Source: Synechococcales cyanobacterium (GTDB taxonomy: Bacteria > Cyanobacteriota > Cyanobacteriia > CAKZMO01). From it: 64,000 nucleotides of DNA. This document shows positions 19,102 to 29,351 of the stretch, in pieces. The stretch is taken from contig JAYKGU010000315.1 of NCBI GenBank assembly GCA_035285585.1, positions 5,040-69,039 on the forward strand, given 5' to 3'. The position numbers and the translations under genes were made by a program. How positions within the stretch are numbered: position 1 is the first letter of the stretch; each line of letters starts with the position of its first letter. The notes beneath the pieces were generated by a model. That model was not told the origin of the DNA, did not search any database, and saw nothing but the letters and a program-made list of their open reading frames with translations.

Positions 19102-21536
19102 GAGGGCGTCTTTTTCTCCCACTGCTGCTTCAGGCGCTCGATGCGCTCCAGCAGGCTTTCGTTGGACATGCGCGAGTTGAGCCGCTCCACCAGCAGGGGA
19201 AAGGCGAAGGGCGAGGGCCGTTTCGTGTCCTGCCAGCGGAGGGTGAGATGGCTGAGCCGATCTAGGGTGGCGGTGAGGCGATGCACTTCGAGCTGCTGCG
19301 CCATCACCTCCCGCTCGGCCTGCCGCAGCAGCAGATTCTCCGGCTCATATTTGCTGAACACTTCAAAAATCAGGGAGGAACTCACCTGGAGTTGGCCAGA
19401 GGTTTTGCGGGAGGAGGGGTAGCCCTTAAACACCAGCCCCGCCACCTGGGCAATGTCGCGGAAGCGCCGCTGAGTAAGTTCTGACAGATTCAGGCTGGCC
19501 TTCACGTCGTCGTAAAGCGCCTCCAGGCTGAGGAAGTCTTCAGAGAACAGGGTTTTGAACGGATAGTCCCTGGGAGCCAGAATCTCAAAGCCGTAGTCGT
19601 TCACCGAAATCGTAAAGGTGGCGTGCTGCTGGCGGGCAAAGCGATAGCCCCACAGAAAGCCCAGCCCCTCATGCACCCAGCGTCCCTCGAATGGGAAGAC
19701 ATAGAGATGTTGCCCTTCGCGGGTTTGGCAGGTTTCGATCAGCAGCTCATCGGCGGCGGGCAAACGGGAGAGGCGCTGCTGCACCGAGAGAATGGGGCGG
19801 ATGCAGGTGAGTTCCTCGTTCTGGTGGGAGTCCATCAGGGCGTTGGCGACCTCCTGCCGCAGGTGGTGGCTGAGGGTGTCGGAAATGGCTAGATTGCCAC
19901 CGTACCAGACGGGGGTGACCGTGGACTTTTTGGTGGTATTGCGCACGTAGACCACCATGTCCTTCATCATCCAGAACTCTAGCTGCCGTCCCGCAAAGAA
20001 AAACACGTCCCCCTTCTTGAGGCGCGAGACAAAGTTTTCCTCGACGGTGCCGATGTCCTTGCGATTTGTATAAACAATGCGCACCGTCTGGTTGGAGGAA
20101 ATGGTGCCGATGCCCATCCGGTGCATGCGGGCGATCGCCCCCTCCGTTACCCGATAAACCCCATCCTCCCGACTGACCTTGCGATAGCGGGGATAGGCGC
20201 TGAGGCACTGGCCGCCGTTCTCAATAAAATTCAGCATCCACTGGAATCCCCCGTCCGTCAGGTCCGCATAGGCGACGGTTTGCCGCACGTCCGCCAGCAC
20301 GGCTTCTGGGACAAAGCCATCACCGCAGGCCAGGGTCACCAGATGCTGAATCAGCACATCATAAGGACAGGCAAGCGGATGGCGGGCCTCAATATCCCCC
20401 AGGGCCAGCCCCCGCCGAAAAGCAGAGATTTCCAGCAGCTCCAGGGCGTTGGTGGGCAGAAACAAAATTTCCGAGGTGCCTTCGGGGATGTGGGCCGATC
20501 GCCCCGCCCGCTGAAGCAGTCGCGCCAGGTTTTTGGCGCTGCCAATCTGCACCACCCGCTCCACCGGCTGGAAGTCCACCCCCAGATCCAGGGACGAGGT
20601 GCAGACCACCCACTTAATGTCCCCGGACTTCACCCCTGCCTCGATCGCCTCTCGCTCTTTGACGTGAATGGAGCCGTGGTGGAGCGCGATGCGATCGCCA
20701 TACTCCGGCACCGCAAACTGGAGGGCCTGATACCACCGCTCGGACTGGGAGCGGGTGTTGGTGAAAATCAGAGTAGACGTTTCGATGTCCAGGGCGTCCA
20801 CCAATTCCTGGAACATGCGCAGCCCCAGATGTCCGGCCCAGGGAAAGCTGTCTACGGATTCCGGGAGAATGCTGCGAATGACGGTGCGCCGCTTCAGGTC
20901 GGACTGGATGATCACCGGCTGGCAGCCCAGGCCCACCGCCGCCTGGGCCGCTTCCTGGGGATTGCCCAAGGTTGCCGACACCGCCCAGGTTTGCAGGTCG
21001 GGTCGCAGTCGCCGCAGGTGGGACAGGCACAGCTCCGTTTGAGTACCCCGCTTGGAGTGAAGCAGCTCGTGCCACTCATCCAGAATTACCGCTTTCAGGG
21101 CACTGAACCGTTTGGCAGAGTCCTTATAGGAAAGCATCACCGAGAGGGATTCGGGGGTGGTGATCAGGATATCTGGCATGGCCTTGAGCTGGCGGGCCTT
21201 GCGGGAGGAGCTGGTGTCCCCCGTGCGGGACTCCACCGTCAGGGGCCAGCCCATCTCTTCAATGGGGCGGCGGATGGCCTGCTCGATGTCCCGCGCCAGT
21301 GCCCGCAGTGGTGTGAGGTAGAGGAGCTGTAGTCCTACGCCAGGGGATTCCAGGAGTTGGGCGATCGCCCCCATCACGGCAGCATAGGTTTTGCCCGACC
21401 CGGTGGGCACCTGAATCATGCCGCTTTGGCCCGCCAGGTAAGCGTCCCAGGTTTGCCGCTGAAAGGGCAGGGGCTGCCAACCCTGGCGCTGAAACCAGTC
21501 GAGGATTGGCTCTAGACGGGGGCAGGACACGATCAA
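19098..21536 (-). CDS. lhr: Lhr-core type DEXH-box helicase (ligase-associated DNA damage response helicase)
   Basis: 812 aa; Walker A PTGSGKT, DEWH box, SAT, QRAGRSAH motif VI, long C-terminal WH/domain-4-like region. Confidence 0.8.
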   Translation of the reverse strand: MIVSCPRLEPILDWFQRQGWQPLPFQRQTWDAYLAGQSGMIQVPTGSGKTYAAVMGAIAQLLESPGVGLQLLYLTPLRALARDIEQAIRRPIEEMGWPLTVESRTGDTSSSRKARQLKAMPDILITTPESLSVMLSYKDSAKRFSALKAVILDEWHELLHSKRGTQTELCLSHLRRLRPDLQTWAVSATLGNPQEAAQAAVGLGCQPVIIQSDLKRRTVIRSILPESVDSFPWAGHLGLRMFQELVDALDIETSTLIFTNTRSQSERWYQALQFAVPEYGDRIALHHGSIHVKEREAIEAGVKSGDIKWVVCTSSLDLGVDFQPVERVVQIGSAKNLARLLQRAGRSAHIPEGTSEILFLPTNALELLEISAFRRGLALGDIEARHPLACPYDVLIQHLVTLACGDGFVPEAVLADVRQTVAYADLTDGGFQWMLNFIENGGQCLSAYPRYRKVSREDGVYRVTEGAIARMHRMGIGTISSNQTVRIVYTNRKDIGTVEENFVSRLKKGDVFFFAGRQLEFWMMKDMVVYVRNTTKKSTVTPVWYGGNLAISDTLSHHLRQEVANALMDSHQNEELTCIRPILSVQQRLSRLPAADELLIETCQTREGQHLYVFPFEGRWVHEGLGFLWGYRFARQQHATFTISVNDYGFEILAPRDYPFKTLFSEDFLSLEALYDDVKASLNLSELTQRRFRDIAQVAGLVFKGYPSSRKTSGQLQVSSSLIFEVFSKYEPENLLLRQAEREVMAQQLEVHRLTATLDRLSHLTLRWQDTKRPSPFAFPLLVERLNSRMSNESLLERIERLKQQWEKKTPS

Positions 21537-21576
21537 AACTTCTCCAACGGGCTGATCAGAGGGGGCCGCAAGTTTA

Positions 21577-21658
21577 CGTAGGGTGTGTCATCGCGTAGCG
21601 TGACGCACCGAAGCGTGAGGTCGCGGTGCGTTGGGCTGACGCCACAACACACCCTACG
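21577..21658. repeat. structured inverted-repeat element, family GTAGGGTG...CACCCTAC (12-bp outer arms, nested CGCACCG/CGGTGCG hairpin)
   Basis: read directly; shares GTAGGGTG / AGCGTRACGCACCG / GGGCTG / CACCCTAC blocks with element at 39740-39832. Confidence 0.55.
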
Positions 21659-21760
21659 GCTGGGGGACACTGCGATCGCCCCATTGTTGGTGGGGGCGAA
21701 CAGAAGCATGAAACCCAACAATCTTAAACTTAACGATATAGCCCTGCGGGCTAAGGTTTG

Positions 21761-21796
21761 AGTGTGGAACCTCTGTGACGCAGGGGTTCCACACCT
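21761..21796. other. perfect 12-bp stem / 12-nt loop hairpin (AGGTGTGGAACC...GGTTCCACACCT)
   Basis: read directly; intergenic between lhr (minus) and Uma2 gene (plus). Confidence 0.6.
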
Positions 21797-21849
21797 CTTG
21801 AATGTCCTGACGTGAAAGCGTAATGCTATAATACACAGCTTAAAAAATT

Positions 21850-22458
21850 ATGGGACAGACCCCAACTCAACCAGAAACCCTATTGCTTGAGCTGCCAGAC
21901 GCGATCGCCCTCCACGTCACTCAAGAACAGTTTGAGGCACTGGCAATTGCCAATCGAGACTTAAGGCTAGAACGCACGGCAGCCGGAGAATTGCTCGTGA
22001 ATCCCCCCACAGGCGGCGAATCGGGTAGGCGTAACCGCAGCATCACTGGACAACTCGATCGCTGGTATGAAGAAAACGAAGACTTAGGAGAAGCGTTTGA
22101 CTCCTCGACGGGATTTAGGCTGCCCAACGGGGCTGACCGCTCTCCTGATGCTGCTTGGGTCCGTCGAGAACGTTGGGAATCCCTGACTCCCCAACAGCGA
22201 AAAGGCTTCGTCCCACTGTGTCCCGATTTTGTCGTCGAATTGCGGTCTGAATCGGATAGCCTCCCAAAATTGCAGGCCAAAATGCGGGAATACATCGATA
22301 ACGGAGCCAGACTAGGATGGTTAGTTGACCCACAGAACAGGCAGGTAGAGATCTATCGCCCCGACAGAGAAGTGGAAGTGTTGGAAAATCCCCAGGAATT
22401 TTCTGGCGAGGATGTACTACCGCAGTTTGTTATGCGTTTTAGCAGGATTTGGTGCTAA
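21850..22458 (+). CDS. Uma2-family (DUF820) putative restriction-endonuclease-like protein
   Basis: 202 aa; N-terminal pattern ...EQFEALAIANRDLRLERTAAGELLVNPPTGGESG... typical of cyanobacterial Uma2 proteins. Confidence 0.75.
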   Translation: MGQTPTQPETLLLELPDAIALHVTQEQFEALAIANRDLRLERTAAGELLVNPPTGGESGRRNRSITGQLDRWYEENEDLGEAFDSSTGFRLPNGADRSPDAAWVRRERWESLTPQQRKGFVPLCPDFVVELRSESDSLPKLQAKMREYIDNGARLGWLVDPQNRQVEIYRPDREVEVLENPQEFSGEDVLPQFVMRFSRIWC

Positions 22459-22464
22459 TTGGTG

Positions 22465-22607
22465 GCGCGATCATTGGTATGGGCTGTGTTGGGTTTCGCA
22501 TCCGCTCAACCCAACCTACAAAGTTTTCTATTGACTCAAATTCACAACAGTAGCGCGATCATTAGTATGGGCTGTGTTGGGTTTCGCATCCGCTCAACCC
22601 AACCTAC
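22465..22607. repeat. two copies (22465-22519, 22553-22607; 1 mismatch) of a 55-nt repeat each containing hairpin GTTGGGTT-12nt-AACCCAAC, in convergent gene gap
   Basis: read directly. Confidence 0.8.
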
Positions 22608-22646
22608 GGTTGCTGGCGCTGTCAACTGAGAACCAGGATGTGAAAG

Positions 22647-23594
22647 CTAGGATGCAGTCCCCTGAAGACGGTTGAGATTCCAGTTGACGCAGGAAACGCC
22701 AAGAATGACCAGAACACTGCCCAGCAGCAAGGCACTGGTAATCGATTCCTGTAGGAAAAGCGCACCAAACGTTACGGCAAATATGGGTACCAGGTTGATG
22801 AAAATAGACGCCTTAGCCGGACCAATGGCCTGAATTCCCTCGTAATACCAGCTAAACCCCAACACTGTGCCCAGCAGGCCCAGATAGAGTAGACTCAGCC
22901 ATACAGACGGCATCGTCAAGGGGGACCCGTCTCCGCTCCTGTCCCACAGGGCCAGCGGCAGCAGGGCGATCGCCCCCACCCATACCGCATAGGTCGTGGC
23001 CACGACAGGGGAAAGTTCTTTCATCACCTGTCGGCCAACTATGGAATACACGCTCCAACTCGCCACACAGCCCAAAAGCAGCAGTTCACCCCGCCCTATC
23101 CCTTCAGACAGCAGTGTTGCGAGCTGTCCGTCGGTGATCACCAGTGCCGCCCCCACGAGGGAAATCAGCGTTCCAATCAGCTTAAACCGGGTCAGGCGCT
23201 CCTGCAAAAATAGGGCCGAACACAGGGTAATCACCACCGGATTTAAGGCGATGATCAGCCCCGCACGGCTGGCGGGTATCGTTTGCAGGCCTGAAAAGAA
23301 AAACACGTTGTAGGCAAACACACCGCTCAGACCCAGCACAAGAATCGGGAAAATTTGGCGGGCTTTAAGCGGTGGCAGCGGCTCCTGGCGATGATAGGTC
23401 CAGAGGTAGAGGGCGATCGCCGCGATCGCAAATCGACCCAGTGCTGCCCCATAGGGACTCATCTCCTGAGCCAAAATTCGGCCTGCAATAAATGTACCGC
23501 CCCAGAAGGCCATGGTCAGCACCAGCTTCAGATAAATCAGAGACATGTTTGGCGTCTTGCAACAGCGTATGGCTTCAGCATAGTCCTTACTCAA
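22647..23594 (-). CDS. DMT-superfamily (EamA-like) transporter
   Basis: 315 aa, ~10 predicted TM helices, duplicated EamA-like halves. Confidence 0.8.
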   Translation of the reverse strand: MSKDYAEAIRCCKTPNMSLIYLKLVLTMAFWGGTFIAGRILAQEMSPYGAALGRFAIAAIALYLWTYHRQEPLPPLKARQIFPILVLGLSGVFAYNVFFFSGLQTIPASRAGLIIALNPVVITLCSALFLQERLTRFKLIGTLISLVGAALVITDGQLATLLSEGIGRGELLLLGCVASWSVYSIVGRQVMKELSPVVATTYAVWVGAIALLPLALWDRSGDGSPLTMPSVWLSLLYLGLLGTVLGFSWYYEGIQAIGPAKASIFINLVPIFAVTFGALFLQESITSALLLGSVLVILGVSCVNWNLNRLQGTAS

Positions 23595-24127
23595 TGCAGG
23601 TTTAGGGCGTAGTTATGGAATCAAAACTGGCTTAAATAATTACAGCCGGTTTACCTCCAACCGTCTTTGGGCATGGAGACCCGGACTTGCACCGTGGTAT
23701 CTGGGTTGATGGGCATTTGGCAACAGTGTGGCAACAGTTCTCCCTCAGACTAGCAAAAAGAACCCCCAGGGTTAAGCCAGGGTTAAGTTTGAGCCTGTTC
23801 CTTATCTTGTAGTCCCCTGTGTCCAGCATGTTGTCTTGAGATAAGAATCATTTCGAAGTATCAAGAAAGAATTCGGGTTTTCAATAACTTTCAGCGCTAA
23901 ATTCGTTGGCAAATAAAGCCCATCACGCCTGGGCCGAATATTACAAAAGTTCAGATCAATTTAAAGGTTATGGTTCCCGGAAAACGTCAAGATTTGCATC
24001 GCCAGATCTGACAATTTCCTTAAGACATTGCGCTCAACGGGACTCCTCATTAGAGAATTCGGCTAGCTAGAGTTGGACGCAACATGCGCTCTAGATGCCG
24101 CCCGTTTGTCACGTTGGGTATCAAGCA

Positions 24128-27100
24128 ATGAACACCAATCAACCGCCCGTTAAGCAGGGTCTTTATGACCCCCAATTTGAACACGATGCCTGCGGCGTCG
24201 GATTTGTCGTCCACATGAAGGGAGTCCAGTCCCACGCCATTGTCGAACAGGCGCTGACGATTTTGCTCAACCTGGAGCATCGCGGTGCGGTGGGGGCCGA
24301 ACCCAACACGGGTGACGGTGCTGGCATTTTGATGCAGGTGCCCCACAAGTTCATGACCAAAGTGGCGGCGATCGCCAACATCACCCTCCCCGCCCCTGGC
24401 CACTACGGCGTGGGCATGATTTTCGCCTCCCCCGATGCCGCCGCCCGCGAGCAGGGCCGCCGCGCCTTTGAGCAGGTGGTCGCCGCCGAGGGTCAGCAAG
24501 TCCTGGGCTGGCGCGACGTGCCCACCGACCATTCCTCCCTGGGGGAGACGGCACGGGCCAGCGAACCGTTTATGCAGCAGGTGTTTATTGGGCGATCGCC
24601 CGACGTAACCGACGAACTGGCCTTCGAGCGGAAGCTCTACATCATCCGCAAAATGGCCCACACCGCCATCCACTGCACGGGCATTGATACCTACTGGTAT
24701 CCCGCCAGCCTCTCCTGCCGCACGATTGTCTATAAGGGGATGCTGACCCCGGCCCAGGTGGGCGACTATTACCCGGATTTGAGCGATCCGGACCTGGAGA
24801 GCGCCCTGGGGCTGGTGCATTCCCGCTTCAGCACCAACACGTTCCCCAGTTGGGAGCGATCGCACCCTTACCGCTACATCGCCCACAACGGCGAGATCAA
24901 CACCCTGCGGGGAAATATTAACTGGATGCACGCCCGCCAGTCCCTCTTTGAGTCCGAGCTGTTTGGCGATGGCCTGAAGCGGGCCTATCCGCTGATCAAC
25001 ATTGAGGGCAGCGACTCCCTGATTTTTGACAATGCCCTGGAGCTGCTGACTTTGGCGGGGCGATCGCTCCCCCATGCGGTGATGATGATGATCCCCGAAC
25101 CCTGGACGGCCCACGAGTCCATGAGTGCGCAGAAGAAGGCGTTTTACAAATACCACTCCTGCCTGATGGAGCCGTGGGATGGTCCCGCCTCCATCGCCTT
25201 CACGGACGGCACCATGATGGGGGCAGTGCTGGATCGCAACGGTCTGCGGCCTTCCCGCTACTACGTCACCAAGGACGACCGGGTGATCATGGCGTCGGAG
25301 GCCGGGGTGCTGCCCGTGGAGCCGGAAAACGTGCTGAAGAAGGGCCGCCTGGAGCCGGGGCGCATGTTCCTGGTGGATATGGCGGCAGGGCGCATTGTGG
25401 CGGATGAGGAGATCAAGCAGCAGATTGTCTCCGAGCATCCCTACCAGGAATGGCTGGATCGGCACATGGTTTCCCTGGCGGATCTGCCTGACGCCATTAA
25501 TACGTCCGACGCCGTTAATACGTCCCACGACCGCGTAGGGGCACGGCATGCCGTGCCCCTACGCAACCCATCGCAACCCACCGGCATCCCGCAACCCACC
25601 GATATCACGCAACCCACCGGTATCACGGAACCCACCGATATCCCGCAACCCATCGACATCGCGGAACCCATCGGCATCACGGAACCCACCGATATCCCGC
25701 AACCCACCGACACCACGGAACCCACCGACATCACGGAACCAGCCAATATACCCCTACACCAGCGGCAGAAGGCATTCGGCTACACCTTTGAAGAACTGCG
25801 AATGCTGCTGACGCCGATGGCCCAAAACGGCGTGGAAGCAATCGGGTCGATGGGGACGGATACGCCCCTGGCAGTGTTGAGCGATCGCCCCAAGCTTCTT
25901 TACGACTACTTCCAGCAGCTTTTCGCCCAGGTGACCAACCCGCCCATCGACTCCATCCGCGAGGAAATCATCACCTCCCCGGAGACCACCATCGGCTCGG
26001 AGCGCAATTTGCTGAAGCCAGAGCCGGAAAGCTGCCATCTGATTGAGCTGAAAACTCCGGTGCTCACCAATGGAGAACTGGCGAAGCTGAAGGCCATTAA
26101 TCACGGGGATTTCAAGTCGGTCACTCTACCAATCCTGTTCGACCCCAAATTAGGTGTCGCCGGGCTGGAGACCCGGATGGACGCCATTTGTGCCGAGGCG
26201 GATGCGGCGATCGAGGATGGGAAGAGCGTGCTTATTTTGAGCGATCGCCCCCTCGATGCCGACCACGCCCCCATCCCCGCCCTGCTGGCCGTCGCAGGAC
26301 TGCACCACCACCTGATCCGCAAGGGCACCCGCACCCGTGTCGGCCTGGTGCTGGAGTCGGGCGAACCCCGCGAAGTCCATCATTTTGCCGTGCTGATTGG
26401 CTATGGCTGCGGGGCCATCAACCCCTACCTGGCCTTTGAGACCATCGACGCCATGATCCAGCAGAAGGAGCTGCTGAACGTGGATCTCAAAACCGCCTGC
26501 AAAAACTACATTAAGGCGGTGACTAAAGGGGTGATTAAGATCGCCTCCAAAATCGGCATCTCCACCATCCAGAGCTACCGGGGTGCCCAGATTTTCGAGA
26601 GCATCGGCCTCAACCAGGCAGTGATCGACAAGTACTTCACCTGGACGGCTTCCCGCATTGAGGGGGCGGATCTGGCGGTGATTACCCAGGAGGCCATCCT
26701 GCGCCACGCCCATGCCTTCCCCGGTCGGGAGGTGGAGGACACCACCCTGGACGTGGGCGGCGAATACCAGTGGCGCAAAGAGGGCGAACGTCACCTGTTC
26801 AGCCCCGAAGCCATCCACAGCCTCCAGCGAGCCGTGCGCGAAGGCGACTACGATCTCTACAAAAAATACGCTGCCCTAGTGAATGACCAGAGCAAGACCC
26901 ACTTCACCCTGCGGGGACTGCTGGACTTCAGAGCCAGAGAACCCATCCCCCTGGAGGAAGTGGAGTCTGTCGAGGAGATTGTCAAGCGGTTCAAGACCGG
27001 GGCCATGAGCTACGGGTCGATTTCCAAGGAGGCCCATGAGACGCTGGCGATCGCCATGAATCGCTTAGGCGGCAAGTCCAACACGGGCGAAGGCGGCGAA

Positions 27101-28945
27101 GACCCCGAACGCTACACCTGGACAAACGAGCAGGGCGACTCCAAAAACAGCGCCATCAAGCAGGTGGCCTCCGGTCGCTTTGGCGTCACCAGCCTCTACC
27201 TCTCCCAGGCGCGGGAAATCCAAATCAAAATGGCCCAGGGAGCCAAGCCCGGTGAAGGGGGGCAATTACCCGGACTCAAGGTCTACCCCTGGGTAGCCAA
27301 GGTGCGCCACTCCACCCCCGGCGTGGGCCTGATCTCGCCGCCGCCCCACCACGACATCTATTCCATTGAGGATCTGGCAGAACTGATCCACGACCTGAAG
27401 AATGCCAACCGGGAAGCCCGCATCAGCGTCAAGCTGGTATCAGAGGTGGGCGTCGGCACCATCGCCGCCGGAGTCGCCAAAGCCCACGCCGATGTGGTGC
27501 TGATCTCCGGCTTCGACGGCGGCACGGGCGCATCACCCCAGACCTCCATCAAGCACGCGGGACTCCCCTGGGAGCTAGGTCTGGCGGAAACCCACCAAAC
27601 CCTGGTGCTAAACAACCTCCGGTCGCGCATTGCCGTGGAAACTGATGGGCAGATGAAGACGGGGCGGGATGTGGCGATCGCCACCCTCCTGGGCGCTGAA
27701 GAGTACGGCTTCTCCACCGCGCCCCTGGTCTCCCTGGGCTGCATCATGATGCGGGTCTGCCACAAGAACACCTGCCCCGCCGGTATCGCCACCCAAAACC
27801 CCGTCCTCCGGCAAAACTTTGTGGGCGATCCCCAGCACACCGTCCACTTCATGCGGTTCGTCGCTCAAGAACTGCGGGAAATCATGGCAGAACTGGGCTT
27901 CCGCTCCATCAACGAGATGGTGGGCCGCACTGATGTGCTGGAAGCCAAGCAAGCCGTGGATCACTGGAAGGCCAAGGGCATCGACCTGTCCAAGATCCTC
28001 CACCAGCCGCAGGTGGGCGCAGACATCGGGCGCTACTGCCAGATTCCCCAGGATCACGGGCTGGACAAGTCCCTGGACATGACCACCCTGTTGGACCTGT
28101 GCCGCCCCGCCATCGAAAGCGGCGAGCCGGTCAGCGCCACCCTCCCCATCTGCAACATTAACCGGGTGGTGGGCACCATCCTCGGCAACGAAATCACCAA
28201 GCGCCACTGGGACGGCTTGCCCGAAGACACGGTACGGCTCCACTTCCAGGGCAGCGCCGGACAGAGCTTCGGCGCATTTGTCCCCAAAGGGGTGACGCTG
28301 GAACTGGAAGGGGACGCCAACGACTACTTTGGCAAGGGACTCAGCGGCGGCAAGCTGATCATCTACCCCCCCAGCGGCTCCACCTTCGTGCCGGAGGAGA
28401 ACATCATCATCGGCAACGTCGCCTTCTACGGCGCGACCGGGGGCGAAGCCTACATCTCTGGCGTGGCTGGGGAGCGGTTCTGCGTCCGCAACTCTGGCGT
28501 CCGCACGGTGGTGGAAGCGGTGGGCGACCACGCCTGCGAATACATGACCGGCGGCAAGGTAGTGATTCTCGGCCAGACCGGGCGCAACTTCGCGGCAGGC
28601 ATGAGCGGCGGCATCGCCTATGTACTGGATGAGGCGGGCGATTTCCCCACCCGCTGCAACACCCAGATGGTCGATCTGGAGCAGTTGGCGGACCCCGAAG
28701 AAATTCGCGAAATCCACGACCTGATCCAGAAGCACGCGGACTACACCCAGAGTCAGCGTGCCAAGACAATTCTGGAAAATTGGGAGAGTCTAATTCCCAA
28801 GTTCGTGAAGGTGATGCCCCGCGACTACAAGCGAGTGCTGCAACACATCCAGAAAGCCCTGGCGGACGGCCTCAGCGGCGACGATGCCCTTGCCGCCGCC
28901 TTCGAGGAAAATGCCCGCGACATTGCCCGCATTGGCGGTAGTTGA
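24128..28945 (+). CDS. gltB: glutamate synthase large subunit (NADH-GOGAT alpha)
   Basis: propeptide then [11 protein letters not shown] Ntn-amidotransferase start; FMN and 3Fe-4S central/synthase domains; GXGXG C-terminal domain; paired with gltD downstream. ORF opens at 24095, start chosen at Met 11 aa before Cys. Confidence 0.9.
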   Translation: MNTNQPPVKQGLYDPQFEHDACGVGFVVHMKGVQSHAIVEQALTILLNLEHRGAVGAEPNTGDGAGILMQVPHKFMTKVAAIANITLPAPGHYGVGMIFASPDAAAREQGRRAFEQVVAAEGQQVLGWRDVPTDHSSLGETARASEPFMQQVFIGRSPDVTDELAFERKLYIIRKMAHTAIHCTGIDTYWYPASLSCRTIVYKGMLTPAQVGDYYPDLSDPDLESALGLVHSRFSTNTFPSWERSHPYRYIAHNGEINTLRGNINWMHARQSLFESELFGDGLKRAYPLINIEGSDSLIFDNALELLTLAGRSLPHAVMMMIPEPWTAHESMSAQKKAFYKYHSCLMEPWDGPASIAFTDGTMMGAVLDRNGLRPSRYYVTKDDRVIMASEAGVLPVEPENVLKKGRLEPGRMFLVDMAAGRIVADEEIKQQIVSEHPYQEWLDRHMVSLADLPDAINTSDAVNTSHDRVGARHAVPLRNPSQPTGIPQPTDITQPTGITEPTDIPQPIDIAEPIGITEPTDIPQPTDTTEPTDITEPANIPLHQRQKAFGYTFEELRMLLTPMAQNGVEAIGSMGTDTPLAVLSDRPKLLYDYFQQLFAQVTNPPIDSIREEIITSPETTIGSERNLLKPEPESCHLIELKTPVLTNGELAKLKAINHGDFKSVTLPILFDPKLGVAGLETRMDAICAEADAAIEDGKSVLILSDRPLDADHAPIPALLAVAGLHHHLIRKGTRTRVGLVLESGEPREVHHFAVLIGYGCGAINPYLAFETIDAMIQQKELLNVDLKTACKNYIKAVTKGVIKIASKIGISTIQSYRGAQIFESIGLNQAVIDKYFTWTASRIEGADLAVITQEAILRHAHAFPGREVEDTTLDVGGEYQWRKEGERHLFSPEAIHSLQRAVREGDYDLYKKYAALVNDQSKTHFTLRGLLDFRAREPIPLEEVESVEEIVKRFKTGAMSYGSISKEAHETLAIAMNRLGGKSNTGEGGEDPERYTWTNEQGDSKNSAIKQVASGRFGVTSLYLSQAREIQIKMAQGAKPGEGGQLPGLKVYPWVAKVRHSTPGVGLISPPPHHDIYSIEDLAELIHDLKNANREARISVKLVSEVGVGTIAAGVAKAHADVVLISGFDGGTGASPQTSIKHAGLPWELGLAETHQTLVLNNLRSRIAVETDGQMKTGRDVAIATLLGAEEYGFSTAPLVSLGCIMMRVCHKNTCPAGIATQNPVLRQNFVGDPQHTVHFMRFVAQELREIMAELGFRSINEMVGRTDVLEAKQAVDHWKAKGIDLSKILHQPQVGADIGRYCQIPQDHGLDKSLDMTTLLDLCRPAIESGEPVSATLPICNINRVVGTILGNEITKRHWDGLPEDTVRLHFQGSAGQSFGAFVPKGVTLELEGDANDYFGKGLSGGKLIIYPPSGSTFVPEENIIIGNVAFYGATGGEAYISGVAGERFCVRNSGVRTVVEAVGDHACEYMTGGKVVILGQTGRNFAAGMSGGIAYVLDEAGDFPTRCNTQMVDLEQLADPEEIREIHDLIQKHADYTQSQRAKTILENWESLIPKFVKVMPRDYKRVLQHIQKALADGLSGDDALAAAFEENARDIARIGGS
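25533..25564. repeat. 32-nt perfect palindrome GCGTAGGGGCACGGCATGCCGTGCCCCTACGC lying in-frame inside gltB
   Basis: read directly; member of TAGGGGCA..TGCCCCTA family (also 28955, 38892). Confidence 0.85.
25564..25752. repeat. in-frame 18-nt tandem repeat (~10 units, CAACCCACCGRYATCNCG) encoding hexapeptide repeats PTDIxQ/PTGITE within gltB
   Basis: read directly; units start 25574,25592,25610... ; translated ...[32 protein letters not shown]... Confidence 0.85.
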
Positions 28946-28954
28946 TGCACCTGA

Positions 28955-28985
28955 GGTAGGGGCAAGGCAATGCCTTGCCCCTACC
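28955..28985. repeat. 31-nt palindrome GGTAGGGGCAAGGCAATGCCTTGCCCCTACC 10 nt after gltB stop
   Basis: read directly; same family as 25533 and 38892. Confidence 0.85.
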
Positions 28986-29027
28986 TGAAATCAATGGGAT
29001 GAGATTAGAAGGTGAGAAGCAAAACCA

Positions 29028-29351
29028 ATGACTGCGAATGTTATGACAACCAAGCAGTATGTTGAGGAACGGGAGCGAGCATATCGAATTATTAACAAAC
29101 GAGTGTCACTCGACTCCGTTGTCTATTCATTTCTGGCTGGACAATCTCCTGAAAGTATTCTCCAATCGTTCCCGGCACTGACTCTGGAAGAAGTGTATGG
29201 AGCGATCGCCTTCTATCTCGCTAACCGCACTGTTATTGATGAGTATCTAGTTGAGGGAGAGCAACAATTTGAAGCGCTCAGGCAACAAGCTAGAGAGGCA
29301 AATGCGTTGTTATACCAGAAGCTCTATCGCGCATCAAATGATTCACAATGA
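29028..29351 (+). CDS. DUF433-domain protein (antitoxin-like), AT-rich insertion between gltB and gltD
   Basis: 107 aa; ...[35 protein letters not shown]... matches DUF433 pattern; local GC visibly lower than flanks. Confidence 0.55.
   Translation: [107 protein letters not shown]

Noticed and set aside
20121-21332. 403-aa plus-strand ORF overlapping the Lhr helicase
   Set aside because: Antisense to a conserved helicase. Arg/Gly/Pro-rich low-complexity sequence with no motifs.
24050-25549. 499-aa ORF on minus strand overlapping the 5' part of gltB
   Set aside because: Antisense to a strongly supported conserved gene. Its N-terminus is just the reverse reading of the 18-nt tandem repeat ([12 protein letters not shown]). 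This is a high-GC artefact.
27608-28735. 375-aa minus-strand ORF inside gltB
   Set aside because: Antisense to the GOGAT C-terminal domain. Gly/Ala/Val-rich composition is typical of out-of-frame high-GC DNA.
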